A stretch of 32,000 bases of DNA. It comes from Delftia acidovorans NBRC 14950 (lineage in GTDB: Bacteria > Pseudomonadota > Gammaproteobacteria > Burkholderiales > Burkholderiaceae_C). Below the pieces are notes generated by a model. That model ran no database searches, was not told where the DNA came from, and saw only the letters and a list, made by a program, of their open reading frames with translations. This document shows, piece after piece, positions 15,192-24,355 of the stretch. The stretch's first letter is position 1, and the number at the start of each line of letters is the position of its first letter. Location of the stretch: NCBI RefSeq assembly GCF_001598795.1, contig NZ_BCZP01000018.1, positions 74,796 through 106,795 on the forward strand, read 5' to 3'. Made by a program: the position numbers and the translations under genes.

Positions 15192-16181
15192 CTACAGCGG
15201 ACCCGGCACCTGCACCATGCGGTACAGCGATTGGCTGCCGCGTGCGGCCAGCACGCCCAGCTGCGCCAGCGTGCGCGGGTCCAGCTCCAGCGTGATGGCG
15301 GCGCGCGCCAGTGCCGAGCGGATGCGGGGGCCGTCCTCGCCTTCATGGATGACGGGCGGGTAGAGGCTGGCGCCGTCGGCGCCGATCACGCTGGCTACCA
15401 GCGGCGGCTGCGGCGGCTCGCCACGGCGCAGCACCACGGCGATGTCGCCGTTGTCCAGCCGCACGTAGGTGCCGGGCGGGCACAGGCCCACGGCGCGCAC
15501 CAGCGCGAAGCCCACCTCGTCGGAGTAGCGCTGCTGCTGGGTGAGCGCGCGCAGCGACTCGGCGGCGCTGCGGCCTTCGCGTGACTTGCGCGGGCTGATC
15601 AGGGCCGCGTAGCGGTCCACCGTGCCCAGGATGCGCACCAGGCGCTGCACCGGGGGCAGTGTGGCCAAGGGCTGCTGGGGCACGGCTTCATGGTGTCGGG
15701 CCACCAGTTCCAGCCACAGCGCGTCGTTGACGAACAGACGCGCCAGCAGGGCCTGGCTTTGCAGCGGATGGCGCTGCACGGCCTGCTGCTGGGCGGGGGT
15801 CAGCGGCTCGCGCTGCAGCGCCAGTTCGTCCTGCAGCGCGTTCATGCCGATGTTCATGGTCAGCGCGCCGCGTACCAGGGTGCGGTGCTCGGTCTCGTTC
15901 AGGCGCAGCTCGCGCGCCAGCACATGGCACAGGCAGGCGCAGACCAGGGCATGGGAGGCGCTGTAGCCCACGGTGGAGGAGCAGGCGCGCTGGAACATCA
16001 GGTACAGCGCGGCATCGCTGTCGTGGGCGATCAACTCCTGCAGCCACAGGTCGATCTGCTGCAGCTTGACCAGGAAGCCCTGCACCTGCAGCGGCGCGGA
16101 CAGCAGCACGGACAGCGCGGCCTCCAGGTCGGACCACAGGCCCAGCAGGTCTTCGTAGGAATCGTCGGGGCGTCGGCTCAT
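15192..16181 (-). CDS. Degenerate HD-GYP-like domain protein (HD dyad and GYP motif missing)
   Basis: The 329-aa product follows the HD-GYP motif order: H77, then LTMNIGM where LLHDIGK is expected, H138, HHE163-165 and a VDRYAALISPR segment. The catalytic HD is replaced by MN and no GYP is present. Confidence 0.65.
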   Translation of the reverse strand: MSRRPDDSYEDLLGLWSDLEAALSVLLSAPLQVQGFLVKLQQIDLWLQELIAHDSDAALYLMFQRACSSTVGYSASHALVCACLCHVLARELRLNETEHRTLVRGALTMNIGMNALQDELALQREPLTPAQQQAVQRHPLQSQALLARLFVNDALWLELVARHHEAVPQQPLATLPPVQRLVRILGTVDRYAALISPRKSREGRSAAESLRALTQQQRYSDEVGFALVRAVGLCPPGTYVRLDNGDIAVVLRRGEPPQPPLVASVIGADGASLYPPVIHEGEDGPRIRSALARAAITLELDPRTLAQLGVLAARGSQSLYRMVQVPGPL

Positions 16182-16221
16182 CGGTGGCGGGGTGCGGAAA
16201 ACGGGGCGCGTGCAGGCCGCA

Positions 16222-16887
16222 TCAGCGCCGCTCCAGCACCATCTCGCTGCCCTGGCGGGTCATCTGGACGTGGGCAAGAAAGCTGTTTCCCAGCAGCACA
16301 TAGGGCATGGCAAGAGGGGCGACCACGGCGTCCACGCCAAAGACCTCGACATCGCCCACGCGCACCGAGTCCAGCCGCAGGCTCCAGCCCTGGGCGTCGC
16401 CGTTGGCGGTGCGCATCATCACGGGCTGGCCCTTGAGAAAGGGCAGGCCCATGCGTTCGGCGTCGGACCGGCCTATGGCGACCGAGCTGGCGCCCGTGTC
16501 CACCATGTAGACCATGGTCTTGCCATTGATCTGGCCGCGTTCGATGAAATGGCCCCGGTTGTCGGCCTTGAGCACCACGCGCCGGCCAAGCGCGGGATCG
16601 CCCGCTGCCGCGCCCCGGCCGCCCAGGCTGATGGGCGCTTCGCCCAGGCGCAATGTCTGGCGGCGGCCCTTGATTTCCACCTCGGCCGTGTCGCCCGATA
16701 CCTGCAGCACGCGCACGTCCTGCAGGCTGTCGCCGGCCGCCAGAGCGCGTGGCGTGCCGCCGTCGATGACCAGCAGGGCCTTGTTGCCCAGCACGCCGCG
16801 GAGTGCCACGGACTGCGCTGTCGCCGGTGGCGGAGCCAGCACGGCCACGCCGGCCAGGCTCAGAAGTACGGCACGCAGGTGGCGCAT
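16222..16887 (-). CDS. Secreted retropepsin-like (clan AA, TIGR02281-type) aspartic protease
   Basis: The product has a signal peptide (MRHLRAVLLSLAGVAVLAPPPATAQS) and a single D-T-G-A active-site motif (MVDTGASSVAI, D130). The C-terminus LLGNSFL...MVLER is typical of bacterial retropepsin-like proteins. Confidence 0.8.
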   Translation of the reverse strand: MRHLRAVLLSLAGVAVLAPPPATAQSVALRGVLGNKALLVIDGGTPRALAAGDSLQDVRVLQVSGDTAEVEIKGRRQTLRLGEAPISLGGRGAAAGDPALGRRVVLKADNRGHFIERGQINGKTMVYMVDTGASSVAIGRSDAERMGLPFLKGQPVMMRTANGDAQGWSLRLDSVRVGDVEVFGVDAVVAPLAMPYVLLGNSFLAHVQMTRQGSEMVLERR

Positions 16888-16920
16888 GGGGCTTGTGGTG
16901 CAGGGGCGGAGGCCGGGCGT

Positions 16921-17406
16921 TCAGTCGCGGAAGTTGTTGAAGGACAGGGGATGGTCGGCCAGGTCCTTGCGGATCAGGGCCATGGCCGCCTGCAGGTCGT
17001 CGCGCTTGGCGCCCGTGACGCGCACGGCGTCGCCCTGGATGGCGGCCTGCACCTTGAGCTTGCTGTCCTTGATCAGCTTTTGCAGCTTCTTGCCCAGCTC
17101 GGCCTCGATGCCGTTCTTGACCTTGATGGTCTGCTTGAGCTTGTCGCCGCCGATCTTCTGGGCCTTCTGGATGTCCAGGAAGCGCACGTCCACGCTGCGC
17201 TTGGTCAGCTTGTTGCGCAGGATGTCCTCGACCTGCTGCAGCTGGAAGTCGGCATCGCCGAACAGCGTGATTTCCTTGTCCTTGAGTTCGATGGCGGCCG
17301 AGGTGCCCTTGAAGTCGAAGCGCGTGCCGATTTCCTTGGCGGTGTTCTCCACGGCGTTCTTCACTTCGACGAAGTCGGCTTCGCACACGGTGTCAAAAGA
17401 AGGCAT
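16921..17406 (-). CDS. yajQ: YajQ-family nucleotide (cyclic-di-GMP) binding protein
   Basis: The 161-aa product [35 protein letters not shown]...[15 protein letters not shown] is the UPF0234/YajQ signature. The longer track ORF (to 17502) is an upstream extension. Confidence 0.92.
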   Translation of the reverse strand: MPSFDTVCEADFVEVKNAVENTAKEIGTRFDFKGTSAAIELKDKEITLFGDADFQLQQVEDILRNKLTKRSVDVRFLDIQKAQKIGGDKLKQTIKVKNGIEAELGKKLQKLIKDSKLKVQAAIQGDAVRVTGAKRDDLQAAMALIRKDLADHPLSFNNFRD

Positions 17407-17510
17407 GGCAAATATTTCCTGTAAATGTTCTGAAAAAGTATCGCAGCGCGGGACCGGGCGATGCGGGCACGGTGCCGGAGGCGTGGGGACGCGGTGCGAC
17501 AATCCGGCTG

Positions 17511-18611
17511 ATGTTAGTCGAGAAAAATGTTCCGCTGCAGCATTGCAACAGCTTCGGCATCGCCGCCCGTGCCCACACCCTGGTGCGTGTGCGCAGCGAT
17601 GAGGATGTTCGCCATTTCCTGGCCGATCCGCTGTGGGGCCGCCAGCCCGTGTTCGTGCTGGGCGGCGGCAGCAACGTGGTGATCACGGGCGATGTCGATC
17701 CCGTGGTCCTCAAGATGGAGATAGCGGGCATGCGCCTGCTGCGCGAGACCGAGCGCCACTGGATCGTCGAGGCCGGTGCCGGCGAGCGCTGGCACGACCT
17801 GGTGGCCTGGACCCTGTCGCAGGGCTATGGCGGCCTGGAGAACATGGCGCTGATTCCCGGCACCGTGGGCGCATCGCCGGTGCAGAACATCGGCGCCTAC
17901 GGGCTGGAGCTGCAGGACCGGTTCGAGTCGCTGGATGCCGTCGACCTGGCCACGGGTGAATCCTTCACACTGGATGCCGCGCAATGCGCCTTCGGCTACC
18001 GCGACTCGGTGTTCAAGCACGCCCCGGCCGAACCCACGCCCGTGGCGCGGGCGCGCATGAGCGGCGTGCCGCCGCGCGGCATGGGCCTCAAGGGCCGCGC
18101 CGTGATCACGCGCGTGCGCCTGGCCCTGCCCAAGGACTGGAAGCCCGGCCTGGGCTACCTGGACCTGCAGCGCCGCCAGGCCGAGGCCGGCGTGGCCGAG
18201 CCCACGGCCCGCCAGATCTTCGACTGGGTCTGCGAGATCCGCCGCGCCAAGCTGCCGGACCCGGATCAGATCGGCAACGCCGGCAGCTTCTTCAAGAACC
18301 CGACGGTGACGCCCGAGCAGTGCGCCGACATCATTGCGCGCGAGCCCAAGATCGTGCACTACCCCATGGACGACGGCTCCATCAAGCTGGCCGCCGGCTG
18401 GCTGATCGATGCCTGCGGCTGGAAGGGCAAATCCATGGGCCGCGCCGGGGTGTATGACAAGCAGGCCCTGGTGCTGGTCAACCGGGGCGACCGGCACAGC
18501 GTGGACCGCAGCGTCACCGGCGGCGAGGTCATGACGCTGGCCGGCGCGATACAGACCAGCGTCTACGAGCGATTCGGCATCCGCCTGGAGCCCGAGCCCG
18601 TCGTGGTCTGA
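17511..18611 (+). CDS. murB: UDP-N-acetylenolpyruvoylglucosamine reductase
   Basis: [48 protein letters not shown] and AGSFFKNP are MurB motifs. ATG 17511 (MLVEKNVPL) is preferred. Confidence 0.92.
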   Translation: MLVEKNVPLQHCNSFGIAARAHTLVRVRSDEDVRHFLADPLWGRQPVFVLGGGSNVVITGDVDPVVLKMEIAGMRLLRETERHWIVEAGAGERWHDLVAWTLSQGYGGLENMALIPGTVGASPVQNIGAYGLELQDRFESLDAVDLATGESFTLDAAQCAFGYRDSVFKHAPAEPTPVARARMSGVPPRGMGLKGRAVITRVRLALPKDWKPGLGYLDLQRRQAEAGVAEPTARQIFDWVCEIRRAKLPDPDQIGNAGSFFKNPTVTPEQCADIIAREPKIVHYPMDDGSIKLAAGWLIDACGWKGKSMGRAGVYDKQALVLVNRGDRHSVDRSVTGGEVMTLAGAIQTSVYERFGIRLEPEPVVV

Positions 18612-18634
18612 TCGATCGACGGCCTCAAGAAAAC

Positions 18635-18669
18635 AGCGGCCCGCAGACCATGAAGGCCTGCGGGCCGCT
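18635..18669. terminator. Bidirectional intrinsic terminator between convergent murB and the SPW-repeat gene
   Basis: A perfect 12-bp stem pairs AGCGGCCCGCAG (18635-18646) with CTGCGGGCCGCT (18658-18669). It is followed by TTTGCTTGCTTT on the plus strand and by GTTTTCTTG on the minus strand. Confidence 0.75.
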
Positions 18670-18691
18670 TTGCTTGCTTTGTATCAGCGCA

Positions 18692-19057
18692 TCAGTGGGC
18701 GGAGTGGCTGCTGCGCCAGCTCATGTAGTCCTTGTCGGTCATCAGCACCCACAGCGCCAGCACCATGACCACCACGCCGGACACCACGGCATTGCGCATG
18801 GCATCCATCTGGCCCGCATAGCCCAGCACCCAGGGCGAGATCACCATCCACAGTCCCAGCAGGCCTTCGGTCCATTCCTCCCACGCGCGGGGCATGAAGA
18901 TGGCCCCCAGCGCAGCGGCAATCAGCGCCAGGCCGATGACCACGCCATTGGCCGTGGGCGCCATCTGGTCCTGGAACCCGAGCACCCAGGGCGAGACCGC
19001 CAACCAGGCTCCCAGCAGGACATTGATCGGGTCCTGCCAATGCTTCATGTATTTCAT
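18692..19057 (-). CDS. SPW-repeat membrane protein
   Basis: The 121-aa product has two copies of the SPWVLG motif (LAVSPWVLGF and MVISPWVLGY) within four hydrophobic segments. GGAGG lies 8 nt upstream of ATG 19057. Confidence 0.8.
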   Translation of the reverse strand: MKYMKHWQDPINVLLGAWLAVSPWVLGFQDQMAPTANGVVIGLALIAAALGAIFMPRAWEEWTEGLLGLWMVISPWVLGYAGQMDAMRNAVVSGVVVMVLALWVLMTDKDYMSWRSSHSAH

Positions 19058-19155
19058 GGCTGCACCTCCTGCCGCCACGACGAATGAGGGCGGCAATTCG
19101 TTGGATCAAGGCCGCAGCATGCAGGTTCCATGAGGATTTTTGTGAAAGTGCCTGC

Positions 19156-20025
19156 TTACCAGGGCATCTCGCCCTTGTTCACCTTGGCGCCAATGTCCAG
19201 CGACAGCGCCATGCCGGCCTGCGGGTAGGCCTGCTTCATGGCGCCGATCAGCTCGGCACTGTTTGCGGCCTTGGCGGCGGCGGCCTCGAAACGCTGGAGA
19301 TAGTCGCGTGTATAGGCGATGGCGCTGGCGTCCATGGCGGTGCCGGCCTGCATGTGGCCGGGCACGACGACGGCGGGCTTGAGGGCCTGCATCTCGTCCA
19401 GCTGCGCCAGCCAGGCCTTGCGCTCGGCGCTCTTTTGCGTGTCCGCCGTCCAGACATGCAGGTTGCCGAACACGCCCACGTTGCCGACGATGGCCTGCAG
19501 CGCAGGCACCCAGACATAGGGGCGGTGGGCCAGCGGGCCGGTGGTGCCGCGCAGCTCCAGCGTCTGGCCGTCCACGGTCACCGTATTGCCCTGCAGGGCT
19601 TCGGGCAGGACCGGCTTGCCGGGTGCGTTGGCTCCCATCTTGGGGCCCCAGAAGGCCAGCTTGCCCTGCAGCTTGGACTCGATCTTCTCGCGCACGGCGG
19701 GCGTGGCCACGACCTTGGCCTGCGGGAACAGGTTCTTCAGCACCTCGGCGCCGAAGTAGTAGTCGGGGTCGGCATTGCTGATGAGGATGGTGGTCAGCTG
19801 CTTGCCGCTGTCCAGCACATTGGCGGCAATGCGCAGGCCGTCGGCGCGGGTGAAGCCGCTGTCCACGACCACGGCCTCCTTGGCGCCGGTGATCAGGGTG
19901 GAGGTCACGGCAAAGCTGTGTTCGTCGGCCTGGTAGACCTTCATCTGCAGCGGGGCGGGTGCCTGGGCATGGGACAGGCCGGCCGACAGGGCCAGGGTGA
20001 GCGAAAGCACGGTGGTGCGAAGCAT
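19156..20025 (-). CDS. Periplasmic MBL-fold protein with a degenerate HxHxDH motif
   Basis: The product has a signal peptide (MLRTTVLSLTLALSAGLSHAQA) and the overall MBL-fold pattern (VVVDSGFT...TILISNADPDYYFG...VVPGHM). Motif 1 reads N-A-D-P-D-Y (codons at 19759-19776) where H-x-H-x-D-H is expected. Confidence 0.72.
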   Translation of the reverse strand: MLRTTVLSLTLALSAGLSHAQAPAPLQMKVYQADEHSFAVTSTLITGAKEAVVVDSGFTRADGLRIAANVLDSGKQLTTILISNADPDYYFGAEVLKNLFPQAKVVATPAVREKIESKLQGKLAFWGPKMGANAPGKPVLPEALQGNTVTVDGQTLELRGTTGPLAHRPYVWVPALQAIVGNVGVFGNLHVWTADTQKSAERKAWLAQLDEMQALKPAVVVPGHMQAGTAMDASAIAYTRDYLQRFEAAAAKAANSAELIGAMKQAYPQAGMALSLDIGAKVNKGEMPW

Positions 20026-20103
20026 GTCGATTTCCTTTGAAAAAAGCACAAGACAGAAAACGGGTGGCAGCGCCGTGCTGCCATGTGTCGTACTTTAGTT
20101 TTT

Positions 20104-20161
20104 GAAATCGAGCAGATAAACCGCAGAATATGCGCTTGTTTGTTGCAGAAATCGAGCAGAT
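20104..20161. promoter_or_regulatory. 14-bp direct repeat GAAATCGAGCAGAT x2 in the divergent MBL/LysR intergenic region
   Basis: Copies lie at 20104-20117 and 20148-20161, 44 bp apart. Each contains the small dyad ATC-N5-GAT. The second copy ends 2 nt before the LysR ATG. These are candidate LysR binding sites. Confidence 0.35.
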
Positions 20162-20163
20162 TC

Positions 20164-21063
20164 ATGGACCGATTGCTGGCGATGCAGGTGTTTGCCACGG
20201 TGGCCGAATGCGGCAGCTTCACGGCGGCGGCCGAACGGCTGGACCTGTCGCGTGCCATGGCCACGCGGCATGTGGAGTCGCTGGAGCAGTGGCTGGGCGC
20301 GCGCCTGCTGCACCGCACCACGCGCCGCGTCTCGCTCACCGATGCCGGTGCACAGTGCCTGCGCTACAGCCAGCAGATGCTGGCCCTGGCCGATGAGGTG
20401 CAAGGCGAAATGCGCGCCGGCGACAGCCAGCTGCGCGGCCTGCTGCGCGTGACCTGCAGCATGTCCTTCGGCCATGCGCAGATGGCGCCGGCCATTGCGC
20501 AGTTCATGCGGCTGCACCCGCACCTCAAGATCGACCTGCTGGTGGACGACGGCGCGCTGGACCTGGTGCAGCAGCGCATCGACCTGGCCATACGCATCAG
20601 CGCCGATCCGGGCGCCGCACTCATCGGCCGGCCGCTGGCCGTGTGCGAATCGGTGCTGGTGGCCTCGCCCGCCTACCTGGACGCGGCAGGGCGGCCGCAG
20701 ACACCGGCCCAGTTGCAGGCTCACCGCTGCCTGGGCCACATGCGCGTGGGCCGCAGTGTCTGGCAATTGGCGCGGCGTGACGATGAAAGCGATGAGCAGC
20801 AGATCGCCGTCACCACCTGGTTCAACGCCAACGAAGCCACCGTGCTGGCCGCCGCTGCCGTCGAGGGTGCGGGCATCGCCTTCCAGCCCACCTACCTGGT
20901 CCAGCCCATGCTGCAGGCCGGCCAGCTGGAGCTGGTGCTGCCGGACTGGCGCCCGCAGCCGCTGACCGTGCATGCGCTGTACAGCTCGCGCCGCCACCTG
21001 CCGGTGGCCGTGCGCGCGCTGCTGGATTTTCTCGTGCAGCGCTTCGAGGGCGCGCGCTGGTAG
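20164..21063 (+). CDS. LysR-family transcriptional regulator
   Basis: MDRLLAMQVFATVAECGSFTAAAERLDLSRAMATRHVESLEQWLGARLLHRTTRRVSLTDAG is a canonical LysR wHTH N-terminus. A LysR substrate-binding domain follows. The gene is divergent from the MBL-fold gene. Confidence 0.9.
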   Translation: MDRLLAMQVFATVAECGSFTAAAERLDLSRAMATRHVESLEQWLGARLLHRTTRRVSLTDAGAQCLRYSQQMLALADEVQGEMRAGDSQLRGLLRVTCSMSFGHAQMAPAIAQFMRLHPHLKIDLLVDDGALDLVQQRIDLAIRISADPGAALIGRPLAVCESVLVASPAYLDAAGRPQTPAQLQAHRCLGHMRVGRSVWQLARRDDESDEQQIAVTTWFNANEATVLAAAAVEGAGIAFQPTYLVQPMLQAGQLELVLPDWRPQPLTVHALYSSRRHLPVAVRALLDFLVQRFEGARW

Positions 21064-21072
21064 CAGGGGCGT

Positions 21073-21095
21073 AAAAAAGCCGCCTTGCGGCGGCT
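21073..21095 (-). terminator. Intrinsic terminator of argG
   Basis: The stem pairs AGCCGCC with GGCGGCT around a TTGC loop (21078-21095). On the minus strand it is followed by TTTTTT (21073-21078). It lies 35 nt downstream of the argG stop. Confidence 0.75.
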
Positions 21096-21129
21096 CTTGG
21101 CAATCTGCGGCAGGGTGCCGCAGGTTGGC

Positions 21130-22476
<1,347 letters not shown>

Positions 22477-22564
22477 TCAATAACGATGGCGGCTGGCGTG
22501 CGGGACGCGGCTGCCGGAAAACACGGAAGGCGCCTGGGCGCCGTCAGGTCGAATGCGTCGGTCT

Positions 22565-22588
22565 GCTCAGGCGCTCAGGCGCTCAGGC
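22565..22588 (-). repeat. 8-bp tandem repeat (GCTCAGGC)x3 spanning the ppnP stop codon
   Basis: Three exact units lie at 22565-22572, 22573-22580 and 22581-22588. The gene-proximal unit contains the TGA stop (22583-22585 on the minus strand). Confidence 0.9.
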
Positions 22589-22900
22589 GTAGTGGCAGAT
22601 GTAGTGGTAGGCCTCGGTCACGCGGATGTCGAACTTGGAGTTCGCAGGCACCTGGAAGGACTCGCCGGCCTTGGAGGTCAGCCACTGGTCCGAGCCGTCG
22701 AGCTTGTACTCGCAGGAGCCGGCCACGCATTCCATGATCTCGGCAGCGGCCGTGCCGAAAGTCAGCTGGCTGGGCAGCACCACGCCGGCAGACTTCTTCG
22801 TGCCATCGGCCAGCGTGAAGCCGTGGCTGATGCATTTGCCGTCGAAATAGACATTGGCCTTGGTGGTCAGGGTGATGCCAGAGATGGTTTCGGTGGTCAT
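22583..22900 (-). CDS. ppnP: Pyrimidine/purine nucleoside phosphorylase PpnP (YaiE/DUF1255)
   Basis: The 105-aa cupin-like product carries ANVYFDGKCISH, ..G.YEF-like FGTAAAEIMECVAG and FQVPANSKFDI, which are characteristic of PpnP. Confidence 0.88.
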   Translation of the reverse strand: MTTETISGITLTTKANVYFDGKCISHGFTLADGTKKSAGVVLPSQLTFGTAAAEIMECVAGSCEYKLDGSDQWLTSKAGESFQVPANSKFDIRVTEAYHYICHYA

Positions 22901-22983
22901 GGAAGCTGGGCAGAGGGTGGACTAAATCGCCCATTTTAGGCCAGCACCCGGCCGCTGCCCGTACGTGCTGGCCGCCGCCATGC

Positions 22984-23004
22984 AAAAAGCCCCTTGTCGG
23001 GGCT
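22984..23004 (-). terminator. Intrinsic terminator of the glycine-zipper protein gene
   Basis: The stem pairs AGCCCC with GGGGCT around a TTGTC loop (22988-23004). On the minus strand it is followed by TTTTT (22984-22988). It lies about 24 nt after the stop at 23028. Confidence 0.65.
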
Positions 23005-23027
23005 TGCGGGGCGAGCGCATGGCGGCC

Positions 23028-23771
23028 TCAGCGGCGCCAGCCATGGCGGTAGCCGCCGCGCCAGCCGTGATAGCTGGGGCGCGAGGCGTAGTACACGCCG
23101 GCAGCAAGGGCTGCACCAATCACCACGGGCGCCACATAGTCACCGGCCGAATACACCGGTTGCACCGGCTGGGCCGGGTAGTAACCACCGCCGTAGTAAT
23201 TGTTTTCATAGACCACGGGCGGCGGCACGGGCGTGGTGGAGTACGCGGCCTGGGGCGGCTGGTTGGTGCTGTAGTAACCATTGCTGCCGTAGGCGCCGCT
23301 GTTGGCTGCGGGCTGCACGCTCAGTGCAATCCAGTCGCCAGGCGGCGTGGCGGTCCGCGTCGTGTAGTTGCGGCCCGCGTACTCATAGACCACGTCGTAG
23401 GCCACGGCGCGGTTCTGGTAGTAGGTCTGGGTGGTGCAGTTGCGCACCGTCTGGTATTGGGGCTGCTGTCCCGAGGCTTCCGCCTGGTTGCCCAGCATGG
23501 CGCCGCCAATCACGCCGGCTGCCGTGGCCGCAGCGCGTCCGCCGCCGTGGCCAATGGCGTTGCCCACCACGCCGCCCGCCAGCGCACCCAGCACGGCGCC
23601 CGCGCCCGAAGTGCTGCGCTGGCCCGAGTAGACGTTCTCATCGCGGCAGACCTGCTGGGGCACGGCCACCTGTTGCGTCACCGGGGTCACGGAAAGCACC
23701 CGGCCTTGCTCCTGGGCCAGGGCTACGGTGGCGGTCGTGGCCGCCAGCGTCAAAAGAACCAGGGATTTCAT
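23028..23771 (-). CDS. Glycine-zipper 2TM domain protein with a Tyr/Gly/Pro-rich C-terminal half
   Basis: GGAG lies 8 nt before ATG 23771. The product has a signal peptide (MKSLVLLTLAATTATVALAQE) and a glycine zipper (GAGAVLGALAGGVVGNAIGHGGGRAAATAAGVIGGAMLGN). A Y/G/P-rich region follows, then a hydrophobic segment and a basic tail (HGWRGGYRHGWRR). The 391-aa track ORF is an upstream extension. Confidence 0.7.
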   Translation of the reverse strand: MKSLVLLTLAATTATVALAQEQGRVLSVTPVTQQVAVPQQVCRDENVYSGQRSTSGAGAVLGALAGGVVGNAIGHGGGRAAATAAGVIGGAMLGNQAEASGQQPQYQTVRNCTTQTYYQNRAVAYDVVYEYAGRNYTTRTATPPGDWIALSVQPAANSGAYGSNGYYSTNQPPQAAYSTTPVPPPVVYENNYYGGGYYPAQPVQPVYSAGDYVAPVVIGAALAAGVYYASRPSYHGWRGGYRHGWRR

Positions 23772-23898
23772 GATTGCACTCCTGTTGCGCTGGCGGTACT
23801 TCCTGCCAGGCTCCATGCAAGTGTATTCCTCGGGCCCGAAAAGCAGTTTGCGGCCGCGTAAATCCACGTAATAAGCTGTTCCAGGCTTGACGGCAGTG

Positions 23899-24276
23899 TT
23901 AGCGCTTGCCCTCGTGGGCCAGCTCTGCCCAGGTATCGGGCGCAAAACCCACGGTGATGCGTCCCTGCGGCCATTGGACGACCGGGCGCTTGATGACGCT
24001 GGGCTGCTGCTGCATGAGGGCTGCGGCACCGGCCGCATCCTGGGCGCCGGCCTGGGTGTCGGCGTCGAGCTTGCGCCAGGTCGTGCCCTGGCGGTTGAGC
24101 AGCTTTTCCCAGCCCACGGCCTGCATCCAGGCGGGCAGTTGTGCGGAAGGGACGCCCTGTTTCTTGAAGTCGTGGAATTCGTAGGCGATGCCCTGGTCGG
24201 CAAGCCAGGCGCGGGCCTTCTTGACGGTGTCGCAGTTGGGAATGCCGTAGAGCGTCACAGTGTTTGAGGTGGTCAT
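23899..24276 (-). CDS. yffB: ArsC-family reductase, YffB type
   Basis: The 125-aa product begins LYGIPNCDTVKKARAWL, which carries the single N-terminal Cys motif. NRQGTTWRKL and IKRPV are typical of YffB/Spx-ArsC-fold proteins. Confidence 0.87.
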   Translation of the reverse strand: MTTSNTVTLYGIPNCDTVKKARAWLADQGIAYEFHDFKKQGVPSAQLPAWMQAVGWEKLLNRQGTTWRKLDADTQAGAQDAAGAAALMQQQPSVIKRPVVQWPQGRITVGFAPDTWAELAHEGKR

Positions 24277-24355
24277 GATTGGTTGCAGTTGCCGCAGTCC
24301 GCGGATGGCGAGGACCCCATAAGGACACTGTCCCTGGGTAACAATAGCGCGCAGT

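Noticed and set aside
20065-20083. TGGCAGC-GCCGT-GCTGCCA dyad in the MBL/LysR intergenic region, which resembles a sigma-54 -24/-12 element (TGGCA...TGC).
   Set aside because: The GG-to-GC spacing is one nucleotide shorter than the TGGCACG-N4-TTGCW consensus, and no enhancer-binding protein gene is nearby. It is more likely a small hairpin or protein-binding dyad, and I did not call it as a feature.
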